Source: Candidatus Omnitrophota bacterium (GTDB taxonomy: Bacteria > Omnitrophota > Gorgyraeia > B26-G9). From it: a stretch of 64,000 nucleotides of DNA. Below are positions 36,373-45,592 of the stretch, piece after piece; the first letter of the stretch is position 1, and each line of letters begins with the position of its first letter. The notes beneath the pieces are model-generated. The model had not been told where the DNA came from, did not search any database, and saw nothing but the letters and a program-made list of their open reading frames with translations. The stretch is taken from positions 14,456 to 78,455 of the forward strand of contig JBDRPX010000006.1 of assembly GCA_043826565.1 (NCBI GenBank), in the 5' to 3' direction. A program made the position numbers and the translations under genes.

Positions 36373-38790
36373 TTATTGTATTAATTGTTTTGCTACTCTT
36401 ACTGCTTCTACGCCGTCTCCGGCATATTCCGCGCCCAAAGACTGCGCATAAGATCTTGTTACCACCGCGCCCCCGACAACAAAACAGCATTTAAGGTTTT
36501 CTTTTTCGGCCATGGCAATAACTTCCTTCATATTTACCATGGTCGTAGTCATCAAAGCGGATAAACCGACAATCGGAGTTTTATGTTTTTTTATTTCCTT
36601 GATAATCCTGGCCGAAGTTACATCTTTACCAAGATCGATCACCTCGAAACCGTGATTTTTAAGCATCAAAGCCACGATATTTTTACCGATATCATGAATA
36701 TCTCCCTCTACCGTAGCCATAATAACAACTGTTTTTTTCACGGATTTTTTCCCGTCTTTTTTTAAATACGGCTCCAAACAATCAAAAGCTTTCTTCATGG
36801 TTTCGGCACTGGCGATTAATTGCGGCAGAAAATATTCTTTTTTATCAAAGAGCTCTCCCACCTTATTGATCGCCGGGATCATATATTCATTTACCAATAT
36901 ACCGGCCGCAATTCCCGCGGAGAGCGCCTGCTTAACATATAGCTTAATATCATCGCGATTACCCTCCATTACCGCACGTACTATCTGCTGCTGCGGGGTA
37001 AGCACTTTGTCATCTTTATCCACAAATTTTATTATCTGCGCATGGAATTTTCGGTAATACGCAATGTACGCAGCAGCATCTTTATCTTTACCAAGTAAAA
37101 CAGCTTCCGCTTTTTTATTAAACACCTCTGCTTTTGCCTGCGGATTAATAATCACCATGGACAGCCCGTTTTTTTTGAGCATCTCTAAATATGTCGCATT
37201 AACCAAAACCCGTCCCGGCAAGCCGAAGGAAATGTTGGAAAGCCCGAGAATTGTATTTGCTTTTAATTTTTTTGTGCACCAGGCAACAGTTTTCAATGTT
37301 TCTATCGCCGCGCGCGGATGCGATGACACCGTCATAACCAAGCCGTCGACAGCAATATCACTCGCCGTAAATCCGAATTTCTTAGCCTGGCTTAAAATTG
37401 AATTAATGATCTGTTTGCGCCTTAAAAAAGTTTCCGGAATTTCCTTTTCCGTTAGAGGAAGTAAAATAAACATCGCTCCGTACTTCCGGGCAATCGGTAA
37501 TAATTTTTTAGTTTTTACTTTTTCCGCGGAAACAGAATTAATCAGTGCCCTTCCCGGATATATACGCAAGGCATTTTCCACCGCCTTTACATCCGAAGAA
37601 TCGATAACCAGAGGCAAGGAGCTGTTTATTGATAATAACTTAACCGCTTCTCTCATCACTTTTTTTTCATCAATACCGGAAACCCCGACATTGACATCTA
37701 AAACACTCGCTCCGTTAGCTTCCTGGTCTTTAGCCATCTGCCGGACTAAGTTCATCTTGCCTTGACGTAATTCTTCCTGTAATAATTTCTTTCCGGTAGG
37801 ATTGATCCTCTCTCCAACCTGAACTAGTTCATGTTTACCTTCAAGCAATATGAATTTACGCGCGGAACTAAGCGCACTGATCCCGGAACGCTTTTGCCGA
37901 ACCGGTTTTTTACGGCTGATTTTCTGCCCAAGCGCTTTAATATGCTCCGGAGTAGTACCGCAGCATCCGCCCATCATGTTTACCCCGGCTTTTATGAACG
38001 CCGGCCCAAACGAAGCGAATTCTTTTGCCTGCATTTCAAATACTGTTTTCCCGTTAACCAGTTTAGGCATCCCCGCGTTCGGTTTAGCAATAAGCGGCAC
38101 AGTCGCATACGGCTTGACAAGTTTGATCCATTCCATCATCTGTTTAGGCCCCGCGGAACAGTTGCATCCGACCGCATCCGCGCCTAAACTTTGTAACGTG
38201 ATTAAAGCGGTTACCGGATCAGTTCCGTTTAATGTCCGGCCGTCTTTTTCATAGGTCATTGTGACCATAGTAAAAGCATCCGTAAGCTCTTTAACGGCAA
38301 TTAATGCCGCCCGGGCTTCCTGGATATCCATCATAGTCTCAATTACAAATAAATCAACTCCGCCGCTAATCAGCCCTTTTACCTGCTCTTTAAAAACCTC
38401 AACCATCTCTTCAAATAATACCGGCCCAAACGGCTCCACAAACTTCCCTGTCGGACCGATATCTCCGGCCACAAAGGCCTTACCCGCCGCAGCTTTTTGG
38501 GCGATCCGGGCAAGCTGCTTGTTTATACGCTGAACATTTTTTGCGTTTTTATACTGCGTAAGTTTAAAACGGTTAGCTCCGAAGGTGCAAGTATAAATAA
38601 TATCCGCGCCCGCGGCGATATAATCGTTATGCACGGCTTTGATTAGGTCCGGATTTTCCCCACACCATACTTCCGGGCATACTCCCTGCGGCATACCGCG
38701 TTTTTGCAGTTCCGTCCCCGTAGCCCCATCCAATAACATAATCCGTTTTTTTAAAATGTTTTTAATTTTTTGATTTCTGTTTTCTGACAT
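36373..38790 (-). CDS. metH: cobalamin-dependent methionine synthase core (Hcy-binding, pterin-binding, B12-binding), without the reactivation domain
   Basis: 805 aa. N-terminal homocysteine S-methyltransferase domain (LLDGATGTELQ), a pterin-binding TIM barrel, a B12 cap, and a Rossmann domain with DxHxxG-like DIHDIGKN. No AdoMet activation domain is present. Confidence 0.85.
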   Translation of the reverse strand: MSENRNQKIKNILKKRIMLLDGATGTELQKRGMPQGVCPEVWCGENPDLIKAVHNDYIAAGADIIYTCTFGANRFKLTQYKNAKNVQRINKQLARIAQKAAAGKAFVAGDIGPTGKFVEPFGPVLFEEMVEVFKEQVKGLISGGVDLFVIETMMDIQEARAALIAVKELTDAFTMVTMTYEKDGRTLNGTDPVTALITLQSLGADAVGCNCSAGPKQMMEWIKLVKPYATVPLIAKPNAGMPKLVNGKTVFEMQAKEFASFGPAFIKAGVNMMGGCCGTTPEHIKALGQKISRKKPVRQKRSGISALSSARKFILLEGKHELVQVGERINPTGKKLLQEELRQGKMNLVRQMAKDQEANGASVLDVNVGVSGIDEKKVMREAVKLLSINSSLPLVIDSSDVKAVENALRIYPGRALINSVSAEKVKTKKLLPIARKYGAMFILLPLTEKEIPETFLRRKQIINSILSQAKKFGFTASDIAVDGLVMTVSSHPRAAIETLKTVAWCTKKLKANTILGLSNISFGLPGRVLVNATYLEMLKKNGLSMVIINPQAKAEVFNKKAEAVLLGKDKDAAAYIAYYRKFHAQIIKFVDKDDKVLTPQQQIVRAVMEGNRDDIKLYVKQALSAGIAAGILVNEYMIPAINKVGELFDKKEYFLPQLIASAETMKKAFDCLEPYLKKDGKKSVKKTVVIMATVEGDIHDIGKNIVALMLKNHGFEVIDLGKDVTSARIIKEIKKHKTPIVGLSALMTTTMVNMKEVIAMAEKENLKCCFVVGGAVVTRSYAQSLGAEYAGDGVEAVRVAKQLIQ

Positions 38791-38798
38791 CTGTCTTC

Positions 38799-39425
38799 CT
38801 AACTATTTAATAGTTTAATTCCCGCAACCGCGGTTACTGATTTTTCCGGCTGCAATATAAAATTATCCGACACGGATACGCCCAAATCATTAAACTTGAT
38901 CAAATCACATATAAGCTTTTGATTTTCCAAACTAAAATCACCATAACCGGCAGAGAATCTTCTTTTAGTCAAACACTGATTTTCCCGGCGCAATACATTA
39001 TTAAAATAACTCACCATCCACGCCAAAGCCACATCGGTCATTTCACTGGCCGCCGCGTCATAGACAACCGCAGCAGTTATATCTTTACCTTCTCCCTGAA
39101 CATGGATTTCCCGGACGATATCTGCCCCGGAAGTCGCGCCCATTACCAGCACTTGTCCGCACCCTTGAAAAAATTGAACCAGGTCAGCACTTTTAAACTC
39201 AACTCCCCGGCTAAGCTTTACAATATCATCTTTTAATTCCCTTATCTCTAAACGTAAAGCCGCTCCCTTAAGCTCAATTAAAGACAAGGCCTGATCGATA
39301 TAAAGCTCTGTCTGCTGTTTCTGCTTCTGATTAAGCTTTGTCTTGGCGCGGGAATATCCCAATCGGGCATATATCCGTTCCCGCGGCGCATTAACATTAA
39401 TAGGATTAAACACTTCGATATTCAT
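38799..39425 (-). CDS. stand-alone methionine synthase reactivation (AdoMet-binding activation) domain protein
   Basis: 208 aa. Composition and motifs (…RRFSAGYGDFSLENQ…) resemble the MetH C-terminal activation domain. Sits immediately upstream of the metH core, as a split MetH. Confidence 0.55.
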   Translation of the reverse strand: MNIEVFNPINVNAPRERIYARLGYSRAKTKLNQKQKQQTELYIDQALSLIELKGAALRLEIRELKDDIVKLSRGVEFKSADLVQFFQGCGQVLVMGATSGADIVREIHVQGEGKDITAAVVYDAAASEMTDVALAWMVSYFNNVLRRENQCLTKRRFSAGYGDFSLENQKLICDLIKFNDLGVSVSDNFILQPEKSVTAVAGIKLLNS

Positions 39426-39523
39426 AATATCCTCTGATTATTAAAATTTTTTAATTAGAGATATTATACCATAAACAGACTAACTGAAGGAAGAATCATC
39501 CGGTAAGAAATTTTGAATTATTT

Positions 39524-40789
39524 TTAGGCGATCAGATCTTTTACCAGCTCATCATTAAGCTGCTCCGTAAGCAGACTGTCTTTAACTGAGCTAATATCCG
39601 CGTCTTTTTCTATTAATTTCATAAAGATATCACTGCCGGTAATATTACCAACGCCGGTAAAACCAATGATTTTATTATTCACCAGGAGTACTTTCTTATA
39701 CACACTATTCTCTTCGTCTAAGAAAAGCAATTCTTCAGTTGCCGCAAAAGCGGAATCTGCGCTCTTACCAAAGAATAACAGAGGCATTGCGGAAAACTCC
39801 GTTTTTTTATCCCACGCGGTTCGCGTAAAGCGAAGCATTTCATTCTCTTTACCGTGTAATTTGGCGATAACATTAGCCCCGGCAATCCGGCCTTGCTCTA
39901 AGGCATTAGCCCAGGACATCGGCATTTTAATCTCATAACCTTCCGGAGTAAAAACCCGCGTTACATCTCCGGCGGCAAAAATATTATCATCTGATGTCTT
40001 CATATTCTGGTCCGTAATAATCCCGTTATCTTGTTTTATATCCGTATCCTGGACAAGACGTGTCCGGGGAGACTTAAATTTATCAACGATCAATATCCCG
40101 CAGCCGATTACTTTTCCGGAATCAAGTTTTATTGCTTTCACATCACTTTCTCCGAAAATCTCAACAATTTCACTCTCCGGAATAAACTCAATACCTTTAT
40201 TCTGCAAACGTTTCAACAGAACTGAAGAAGCCTGCGCATCTAAAGAATCACTAAGCAAACGATTATCCTGAGTAATAATTTTTACATCCAACCCGCGCAG
40301 GCTTAAGCCATACGCTGCTTTTAACCCGGCAATACCCGCTCCCCAAACACATACCGTATGGGAAAACGCGATAAGCGTGGAAATATCTCTTAAATCATCT
40401 ACGGTCCTAAATTCAAAAACCCCCTGTTTATTGATGCCTTTGACTTCTTTAGGAGGCTTCATCATTGATCCGGTAGCAATAATTAAATAATCATATTCAA
40501 TTTTGCTTTTATCTTCAAAGACAACGCATTTTCTTTTAGTGTTTACTTTTTCCACCTTTTTCCCAAGCTCAAGATTTATATTCAGCTCTTCGTAAAATTC
40601 CTTCTGGCGGAAAAGAAGATCCTTATCCGTAACCGTTCCGATAAGCACATCGCCAAGAAGATAGCGGTAATACGCCAGCCGGTTCTCTACAGAAACAATA
40701 GTAATCCCGGCTTCTTTATCTTTTTCCCTTATCGCCTCAGCCGCGCTTACCCCGGCGGCGGAATTTCCCACAATAACAATCTGCTTCAT
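39524..40789 (-). CDS. FAD/NAD(P)-dependent pyridine nucleotide-disulfide-family oxidoreductase with C-terminal extra domain
   Basis: 421 aa with two dinucleotide-binding motifs (IVIVGNSAAG and VCVWGAGIAG). The family is clear but the substrate is unknown. Confidence 0.6.
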   Translation of the reverse strand: MKQIVIVGNSAAGVSAAEAIREKDKEAGITIVSVENRLAYYRYLLGDVLIGTVTDKDLLFRQKEFYEELNINLELGKKVEKVNTKRKCVVFEDKSKIEYDYLIIATGSMMKPPKEVKGINKQGVFEFRTVDDLRDISTLIAFSHTVCVWGAGIAGLKAAYGLSLRGLDVKIITQDNRLLSDSLDAQASSVLLKRLQNKGIEFIPESEIVEIFGESDVKAIKLDSGKVIGCGILIVDKFKSPRTRLVQDTDIKQDNGIITDQNMKTSDDNIFAAGDVTRVFTPEGYEIKMPMSWANALEQGRIAGANVIAKLHGKENEMLRFTRTAWDKKTEFSAMPLLFFGKSADSAFAATEELLFLDEENSVYKKVLLVNNKIIGFTGVGNITGSDIFMKLIEKDADISSVKDSLLTEQLNDELVKDLIA

Positions 40790-40804
40790 CTTTTACTCTC
40801 TACT

Positions 40805-41662
40805 TTATTTTAATTGCAATTCTGTCGCGTGAACAAGATTACGCATTAATACCGCGACGGTTAGCGGCCCCACTCCTCCGGGGACCGGGGTAATAATGCT
40901 GGCCTTTTCACAAGCTGCGGCAAATTCAACATCACCGACAAGTTTTCCATCCACGGAATTTATGCCCACGTCAATGACCACTGCGCCTTCTTTAATCGAT
41001 TCTCCCCTGACCATCTCAGCCTTACCCACAGCCACGATCAAAATATCCGCTTTATTTATATGTCCATTCAATTGACCGGCTTCGGCGGTAGCAATATGGC
41101 ATACGGTTACGGTAGCAAAATGCTGCATAAGCATAACTGATAAAGGCCGGCCGACGATCTGGCTATGCCCGATGACGACAGTTTCTTTACCGTAAAGATC
41201 AACTTTCGCCGCAGCCAGTAATTCCATGACCGCGCAGGCCGTACAAGGAGCAATATCCCATTTACCTAATAATACATTACCTAAATTTTTCGGATGTACA
41301 CCTTCGACATCTTTATTAGAACGGATATAACCGCGCACACAGGTCACATCCAGATGTTCCGGCAGAGGCATCTGTAAGATAATCCCGTTAACTTCCGGAT
41401 CATTATTTAAATTTTTTATTAACTCGATAAGCTGCTTCTGGGAAACATCTCCGGGAAGCTGTTTTACAATATGATCAACCGAGAGTTTCTCCGCAACTTT
41501 ACGCTGGGATTCCAGATAATGCGCTGACTCGAGATTTTCTCCGACCTGAATCGCACAGAGCGTTGGTCTTAGCTGATATTTTTGCTCTAACTGCTTTATG
41601 GCCGCTGCCGTTTCAGCTTTAATTTCATTAGCTCTGTCTTTACCATAAAGTAATTGCGCCAT
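40805..41662 (-). CDS. folD: bifunctional 5,10-methylene-THF dehydrogenase / 5,10-methenyl-THF cyclohydrolase
   Basis: 285 aa. …GKDRANEIK…P.L..IQVGEN..S..Y…GIILQMPLP is canonical FolD. Confidence 0.9.
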   Translation of the reverse strand: MAQLLYGKDRANEIKAETAAAIKQLEQKYQLRPTLCAIQVGENLESAHYLESQRKVAEKLSVDHIVKQLPGDVSQKQLIELIKNLNNDPEVNGIILQMPLPEHLDVTCVRGYIRSNKDVEGVHPKNLGNVLLGKWDIAPCTACAVMELLAAAKVDLYGKETVVIGHSQIVGRPLSVMLMQHFATVTVCHIATAEAGQLNGHINKADILIVAVGKAEMVRGESIKEGAVVIDVGINSVDGKLVGDVEFAAACEKASIITPVPGGVGPLTVAVLMRNLVHATELQLK

Positions 41663-41663
41663 A

Positions 41664-42275
41664 TCACATCACCTTCTCAACTTCCGCGATAACCTTACGT
41701 TTTAACCCGGCGACACTTTTTGATAATTCGGCTAATTGTTTTTTCGCCGTACTGATAAATTTTTTATCTTTTATATATTTTAAATTTATCCGGACATTTA
41801 ACAGCGCGCTATAATAAGCACTCTCAAGCATATACACCGAACACCCGGCATCAGTAATCAGATTAACATTGCCGATTTTAGCGATCTCGGCGCATACTTT
41901 CATGGCTTCTTCAGATAATACGCATATTTCTAAAGGAAGTTCCGCGGCACTTTTTAAATTTTTCTGGATCAGATTAGATCTTTGAGAGCTGTCTTTAGAC
42001 ATCTTAAAAGTATCATGCAGTTTAAGAAAAATCACCACATCTTTATCCATCAGCAGTTCCGCGCTCTTGCGCAAAGCTTCATTTTTCTTTAACAGCTTCC
42101 GGATATTAGCCTGCACCCGAGCGTAACGTTTATTGCCGATAGTAAAGTTCGCCACCATACTGCTTAAAGCAATCCCCACACAAGCGGCTAAAGCCGCGGC
42201 ACTTCCGCCGCCGGGAACAACTTCTCTAGAAGCTAAGTCATCGATGTACTTTTTAAGATTTTTTTTAATATACAT
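41664..42275 (-). CDS. fchA: methenyl-THF cyclohydrolase / formiminotransferase-cyclodeaminase C-domain family protein
   Basis: 203 aa. VPGGGSAAALAACVGIALSSMV is the hallmark of the cyclodeaminase/cyclohydrolase (FTCD_C) family. Confidence 0.75.
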   Translation of the reverse strand: MYIKKNLKKYIDDLASREVVPGGGSAAALAACVGIALSSMVANFTIGNKRYARVQANIRKLLKKNEALRKSAELLMDKDVVIFLKLHDTFKMSKDSSQRSNLIQKNLKSAAELPLEICVLSEEAMKVCAEIAKIGNVNLITDAGCSVYMLESAYYSALLNVRINLKYIKDKKFISTAKKQLAELSKSVAGLKRKVIAEVEKVM

Positions 42276-42357
42276 AAATTATCCCCAATATTCAGACAAG
42301 GACTTCATTGTACTCGTTTTCCCCAAATGAGTCAAGACAAGGCATCACCTTAACTGT

Positions 42358-42501
42358 TCAGGTCTTTTTTCTTCGGTCTTCTCCGCTTCTTCTTTCCCGG
42401 TAGGTTCGGCGCTCATCCCCTTTAAAACCAAAAGCTCCATACCCCTGCCGTCGAACCCGCTTACCTTTTCGCCTGTCTTTTTGTCTGCGTTCTTGCTCCA
42501 T
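42358..42501 (-). CDS. unannotated 47-aa Arg/Lys-rich small protein (possible bTHX-like ribosomal or RNA-binding protein)
   Basis: Not in the ORF track because it is under 60 aa. ATG at 42501 is preceded by AAGGAG 7 nt upstream, and a TGA stop lies at 42358-42360. Protein is MEQERRQKDRRKGKRVRRQGYGAFGFKGDERRTYRERRSGEDRRKKT. Locally GC-rich from Arg codons. Confidence 0.45.
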   Translation of the reverse strand: MEQERRQKDRRKGKRVRRQGYGAFGFKGDERRTYRERRSGEDRRKKT

Positions 42502-42564
42502 ACCGCTCCTTTTTTTACTTTACTAATAAATTAATACTCTTTGGCAAATTTATTGATCTTTGTT

Positions 42565-43287
42565 TTAAATTTTTTTGTGAAATAAAATATCTGTCTTCTT
42601 TTTTAAAAACAAGATCACTAAAAAAACCAAACAACCGGTCCCGAAGATTACACGCCATCCCGTAGCTAATTCCAGTTTCCCGGTAACAACTACATCCCCG
42701 ACAATCTCAATAAGGGTAAATCCCAAAATTATGGCAAAGAATCCATTAAATTCTTTTCTGAGAACCTTGCGCAGGGAAAAAGGCTGGCTGGGTTTTTTCC
42801 ACCCGGTGATTTTCGGGATAAAAGAAGGCGTGTTCTTTACCCAGGCATTGTATTTTTCTTCGAACTTCCTTCTTAAGAACGCTTCTTCGGCTAATATAAT
42901 AAACTTGTAATAAATGAAAAAAATTACAACACTTAATAAAGTTAAGCCCCAGAGATTGACAAAAAGCAGGATGCCTAACCAAATAATAAAATTACCTAAA
43001 TAGAGCGGATTTCTTACTACAGAATAAATCCCCGTAGTATTTAACGTGTCGGCCACTTGTTTATCGGTATTTCTCCCGGAGGTTCCATCCGGAGCATGTC
43101 CCACAGTATAAACCCTTATTCCAAAACCCAAAAAACTTATCAGAAAACAAATTACTTCCCAAAAATCATCCATCTTTTCGCTGGAATCAACATACTTAAA
43201 ATATCTCAAGCTGAATATTATTAACGCGAAAATTATAAAAGGCAAATGCCCCCGCCACTTAAAAAACCAGTTTCCGATCTTCTCCAT
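42565..43287 (-). CDS. ICMT/PEMT-family membrane methyltransferase (phospholipid methyltransferase-like)
   Basis: 240 aa, polytopic, with an RNPLYLG motif typical of the isoprenylcysteine carboxyl methyltransferase / phospholipid N-methyltransferase superfamily. Confidence 0.6.
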   Translation of the reverse strand: MEKIGNWFFKWRGHLPFIIFALIIFSLRYFKYVDSSEKMDDFWEVICFLISFLGFGIRVYTVGHAPDGTSGRNTDKQVADTLNTTGIYSVVRNPLYLGNFIIWLGILLFVNLWGLTLLSVVIFFIYYKFIILAEEAFLRRKFEEKYNAWVKNTPSFIPKITGWKKPSQPFSLRKVLRKEFNGFFAIILGFTLIEIVGDVVVTGKLELATGWRVIFGTGCLVFLVILFLKKKTDILFHKKI

Positions 43288-43388
43288 ATGCTCTTATTCA
43301 TTCCTTCCTAGTTGTTTTTAATTAAGGTATGGCTATTTTACAATATATTTCTTTGTTTTCCAATAAGTTAAAATAATAATTATATTTC

Positions 43389-44048
43389 TCACTGTAAATA
43401 CGCACCTTCTTTGGCTAAAGCCGCCATATGGTTTTCCAGTGTATCCATAAATGATGCCCGGTCCCCGGTCCATTGAAAACTATCACCGATAAACACGTCA
43501 CAGAAAAACGGCACCAGGATGGCTTCTCCTTTAGGCAGAGCTTTTCCCAGTCCCTGCATAAAAACAGGAGTTATCGCAACCAAAGGCATCTGCTCCGCGA
43601 TCCGGCTTATCCCGGATTTAAAAGCAGACATTTTTTCCGGCTCTCCGCGGGAACCTTCCGGGAAAAAGATCAGAATATCATTGTTTTTCAAAGCATCATA
43701 ACATCCGGCAAATATATCTTCCTTAACATGACGAATATCTCTTCTTAAAGGAATGATCCTGATGATCTTTTGTGAAAACCAGGCCAGTAAAGGATTTTTC
43801 AAAAAATAGTCCATAGCCGCAACCGGCCGGACAATCTTTAATGCCTGGCGGGAAAGAATAGTCATCAGGACCATTGTATCCAAATGGCTATTATGATTGG
43901 CCACGATTATCGCCGGCCCTTTATCGGGCAGCTTCTTGCGATTACGGACATTAATGCCCAGCACAATATTTACAATCAGCCGGACAAAAAAATTGAAGAA
44001 AATATATCTAAGGATTATATTCATATTAATAATAAAAATAACGGACAA
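43389..44048 (-). CDS. plsC: 1-acyl-sn-glycerol-3-phosphate acyltransferase family
   Basis: 219 aa with acyltransferase motifs NHNSHLD (HX4D) and FPEGSR. Confidence 0.8.
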   Translation of the reverse strand: MSVIFIINMNIILRYIFFNFFVRLIVNIVLGINVRNRKKLPDKGPAIIVANHNSHLDTMVLMTILSRQALKIVRPVAAMDYFLKNPLLAWFSQKIIRIIPLRRDIRHVKEDIFAGCYDALKNNDILIFFPEGSRGEPEKMSAFKSGISRIAEQMPLVAITPVFMQGLGKALPKGEAILVPFFCDVFIGDSFQWTGDRASFMDTLENHMAALAKEGAYLQ

Positions 44049-44952
44049 AATGAAAGAACAAGGGAGCGGTATAGGTCAGGCTGTCGATCCTATCGAGTAT
44101 TCCCCCATGCCCCGGAAGCATTGTTCCGCTGTCCTTTACCCCCATATCCCTTTTCAGCGCGGAGATACTTACATCACCGATAAACCCGGCGACGCTGATG
44201 ATCAATCCGGTCATAACAGAATGCACCGCACTCAAAGGCGTCAATATTGGGGCAATAAAAAAAGCCAGTACACAAGTAACAATAACTCCGCCGATAAACC
44301 CCTCATATGTCTTATTCGGGCTTACTTTGGGAATTATTTTATGCGCACCAAACATCTTTCCGGTAATATACTGCGCCACATCATTAAACTGCGTAAGAAA
44401 AACCAGGTATAATACCCAGCCGCCGTTTCCGGCAACCAATCCGCTGATCTGGGGCATCACCAGCAAAAACGAAACATGGCTGATACTGTATATCGTGGTC
44501 ATCAATCCCCAGTGCAGTGTTCCCGCGGCATTTAAAAATCCTTCGGTCTTACCGATAAGCACCATGCGCAGCGGCAGGAACAAAAACATATACAAAGGAA
44601 TAAAGATCAGAAACATCCCGTACCATCCGGAATAGACCCAGTAATACTGTATCGGAATAGCCAGATAAGCCCAGAACAATACCCGGTGGTCTGCCCGGCG
44701 CGTCGGGATCATAGATAAATATTCTTTAAGTGCCATAAAACTCAAAAATCCGAAAAACAAAATTGATATTCTCCTGGATAAAATCATCGCCAGGGAAAAG
44801 ATCGCCACCATTATCCACCAGGACTGTATTCGTTTGGATAATTCCGTATAGTCTTTTTTGGGGTTGAGCTTTTTTAAAACATAGACCACCATACTGGCGA
44901 GGACCAGCATCCCAAACAATCCGGATAAGCAGACAATCATATTAAACGGCAT
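44026..44952 (-). CDS. cdsA: phosphatidate cytidylyltransferase (CDP-diglyceride synthase) family
   Basis: 308 aa, polytopic. The C-terminal region (KTYEGFIGGV…) matches the CTP_transf_1 signature. Overlaps plsC and the next gene, so it forms an operon. Confidence 0.7.
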   Translation of the reverse strand: MPFNMIVCLSGLFGMLVLASMVVYVLKKLNPKKDYTELSKRIQSWWIMVAIFSLAMILSRRISILFFGFLSFMALKEYLSMIPTRRADHRVLFWAYLAIPIQYYWVYSGWYGMFLIFIPLYMFLFLPLRMVLIGKTEGFLNAAGTLHWGLMTTIYSISHVSFLLVMPQISGLVAGNGGWVLYLVFLTQFNDVAQYITGKMFGAHKIIPKVSPNKTYEGFIGGVIVTCVLAFFIAPILTPLSAVHSVMTGLIISVAGFIGDVSISALKRDMGVKDSGTMLPGHGGILDRIDSLTYTAPLFFHFVRYFYY

Positions 44953-45559
44953 TTTTACTCACCTCGCACAAAGCGCTCCTTATGCGGTTAACTATTGTTA
45001 ATAATAACAGCACCGCGATTATTCCCAGAATAATCGTATATATTCGCGCGGTAAACAAACCAAATCCGATAAGCAAAGACAGCAGCCCGAAGACAAACGC
45101 CCGGTCGCTCTTGCCCATGGGGCCATTGTATTTTCTTTGGCCGCCGATCTGCACACTGACCACTCCGGCCATTTCACTGATAACCCCTAGTAAAACAATC
45201 GCCACCACACACATCCCATTTATATCTTTTATCAAAGCAAACGGCAGATACAAAGCAATATCTGAAAATACATCTCCGAGTTCATTCAGCACCGCGCCAA
45301 AAGAAGTTTTCATGCCAAACTCCCGGGCCAACATTCCGTCAATGGCATTTAACGCCATGCGCACAAACAAAACCGCGGGAATAATAAATAATATCTTTTC
45401 ATTTTCGCGAAAAAACACAATCAATCCTCCGGCAATAAATGAAAGAATTATCGCGCTAAAGGTAACCCGATTAGCCGTAATCCCGGCCTTGGCCAGATTT
45501 TTAGCCAAAGGCCTTAATAAATCCTGAAACTTAGGTTTAATATCGTATATCGACGCCAT
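44942..45559 (-). CDS. CDP-alcohol phosphatidyltransferase family protein (head-group transferase, specificity unknown)
   Basis: 205 aa. DGMLAREFGMKTSFGAVLNELGDVFSD matches the D-G-x2-A-R-x8-G-x3-D-x3-D motif. Confidence 0.75.
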   Translation of the reverse strand: MASIYDIKPKFQDLLRPLAKNLAKAGITANRVTFSAIILSFIAGGLIVFFRENEKILFIIPAVLFVRMALNAIDGMLAREFGMKTSFGAVLNELGDVFSDIALYLPFALIKDINGMCVVAIVLLGVISEMAGVVSVQIGGQRKYNGPMGKSDRAFVFGLLSLLIGFGLFTARIYTIILGIIAVLLLLTIVNRIRSALCEVSKNAV

Positions 45560-45592
45560 ATAAATATCCTTCTTTTATGTTAATCTAACATT

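Noticed and set aside
37064-37765. 233-aa plus-strand ORF antisense to metH. Other long antisense ORFs of the same kind are 22232-22795, 44982-45527, 43897-44412, 56896-57387 and 33868-34347.
   Set aside because: Each overlaps a minus-strand gene with clear family-level identity. Their composition is low-complexity and hydrophobic, with no RBS signals, as expected for spurious frames in an AT-rich genome.
42276-42564. GC-richer intergenic block examined as a possible tRNA or riboswitch (for example ZTP or THF) upstream of the fchA-folD-metH operon
   Set aside because: No tRNA cloverleaf or T-loop (GGTTCGAATCC-type) could be built, and I cannot match ZTP or THF consensus elements from memory. 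The elevated GC is fully explained by the Arg-codon-rich 47-aa sORF found in this interval.
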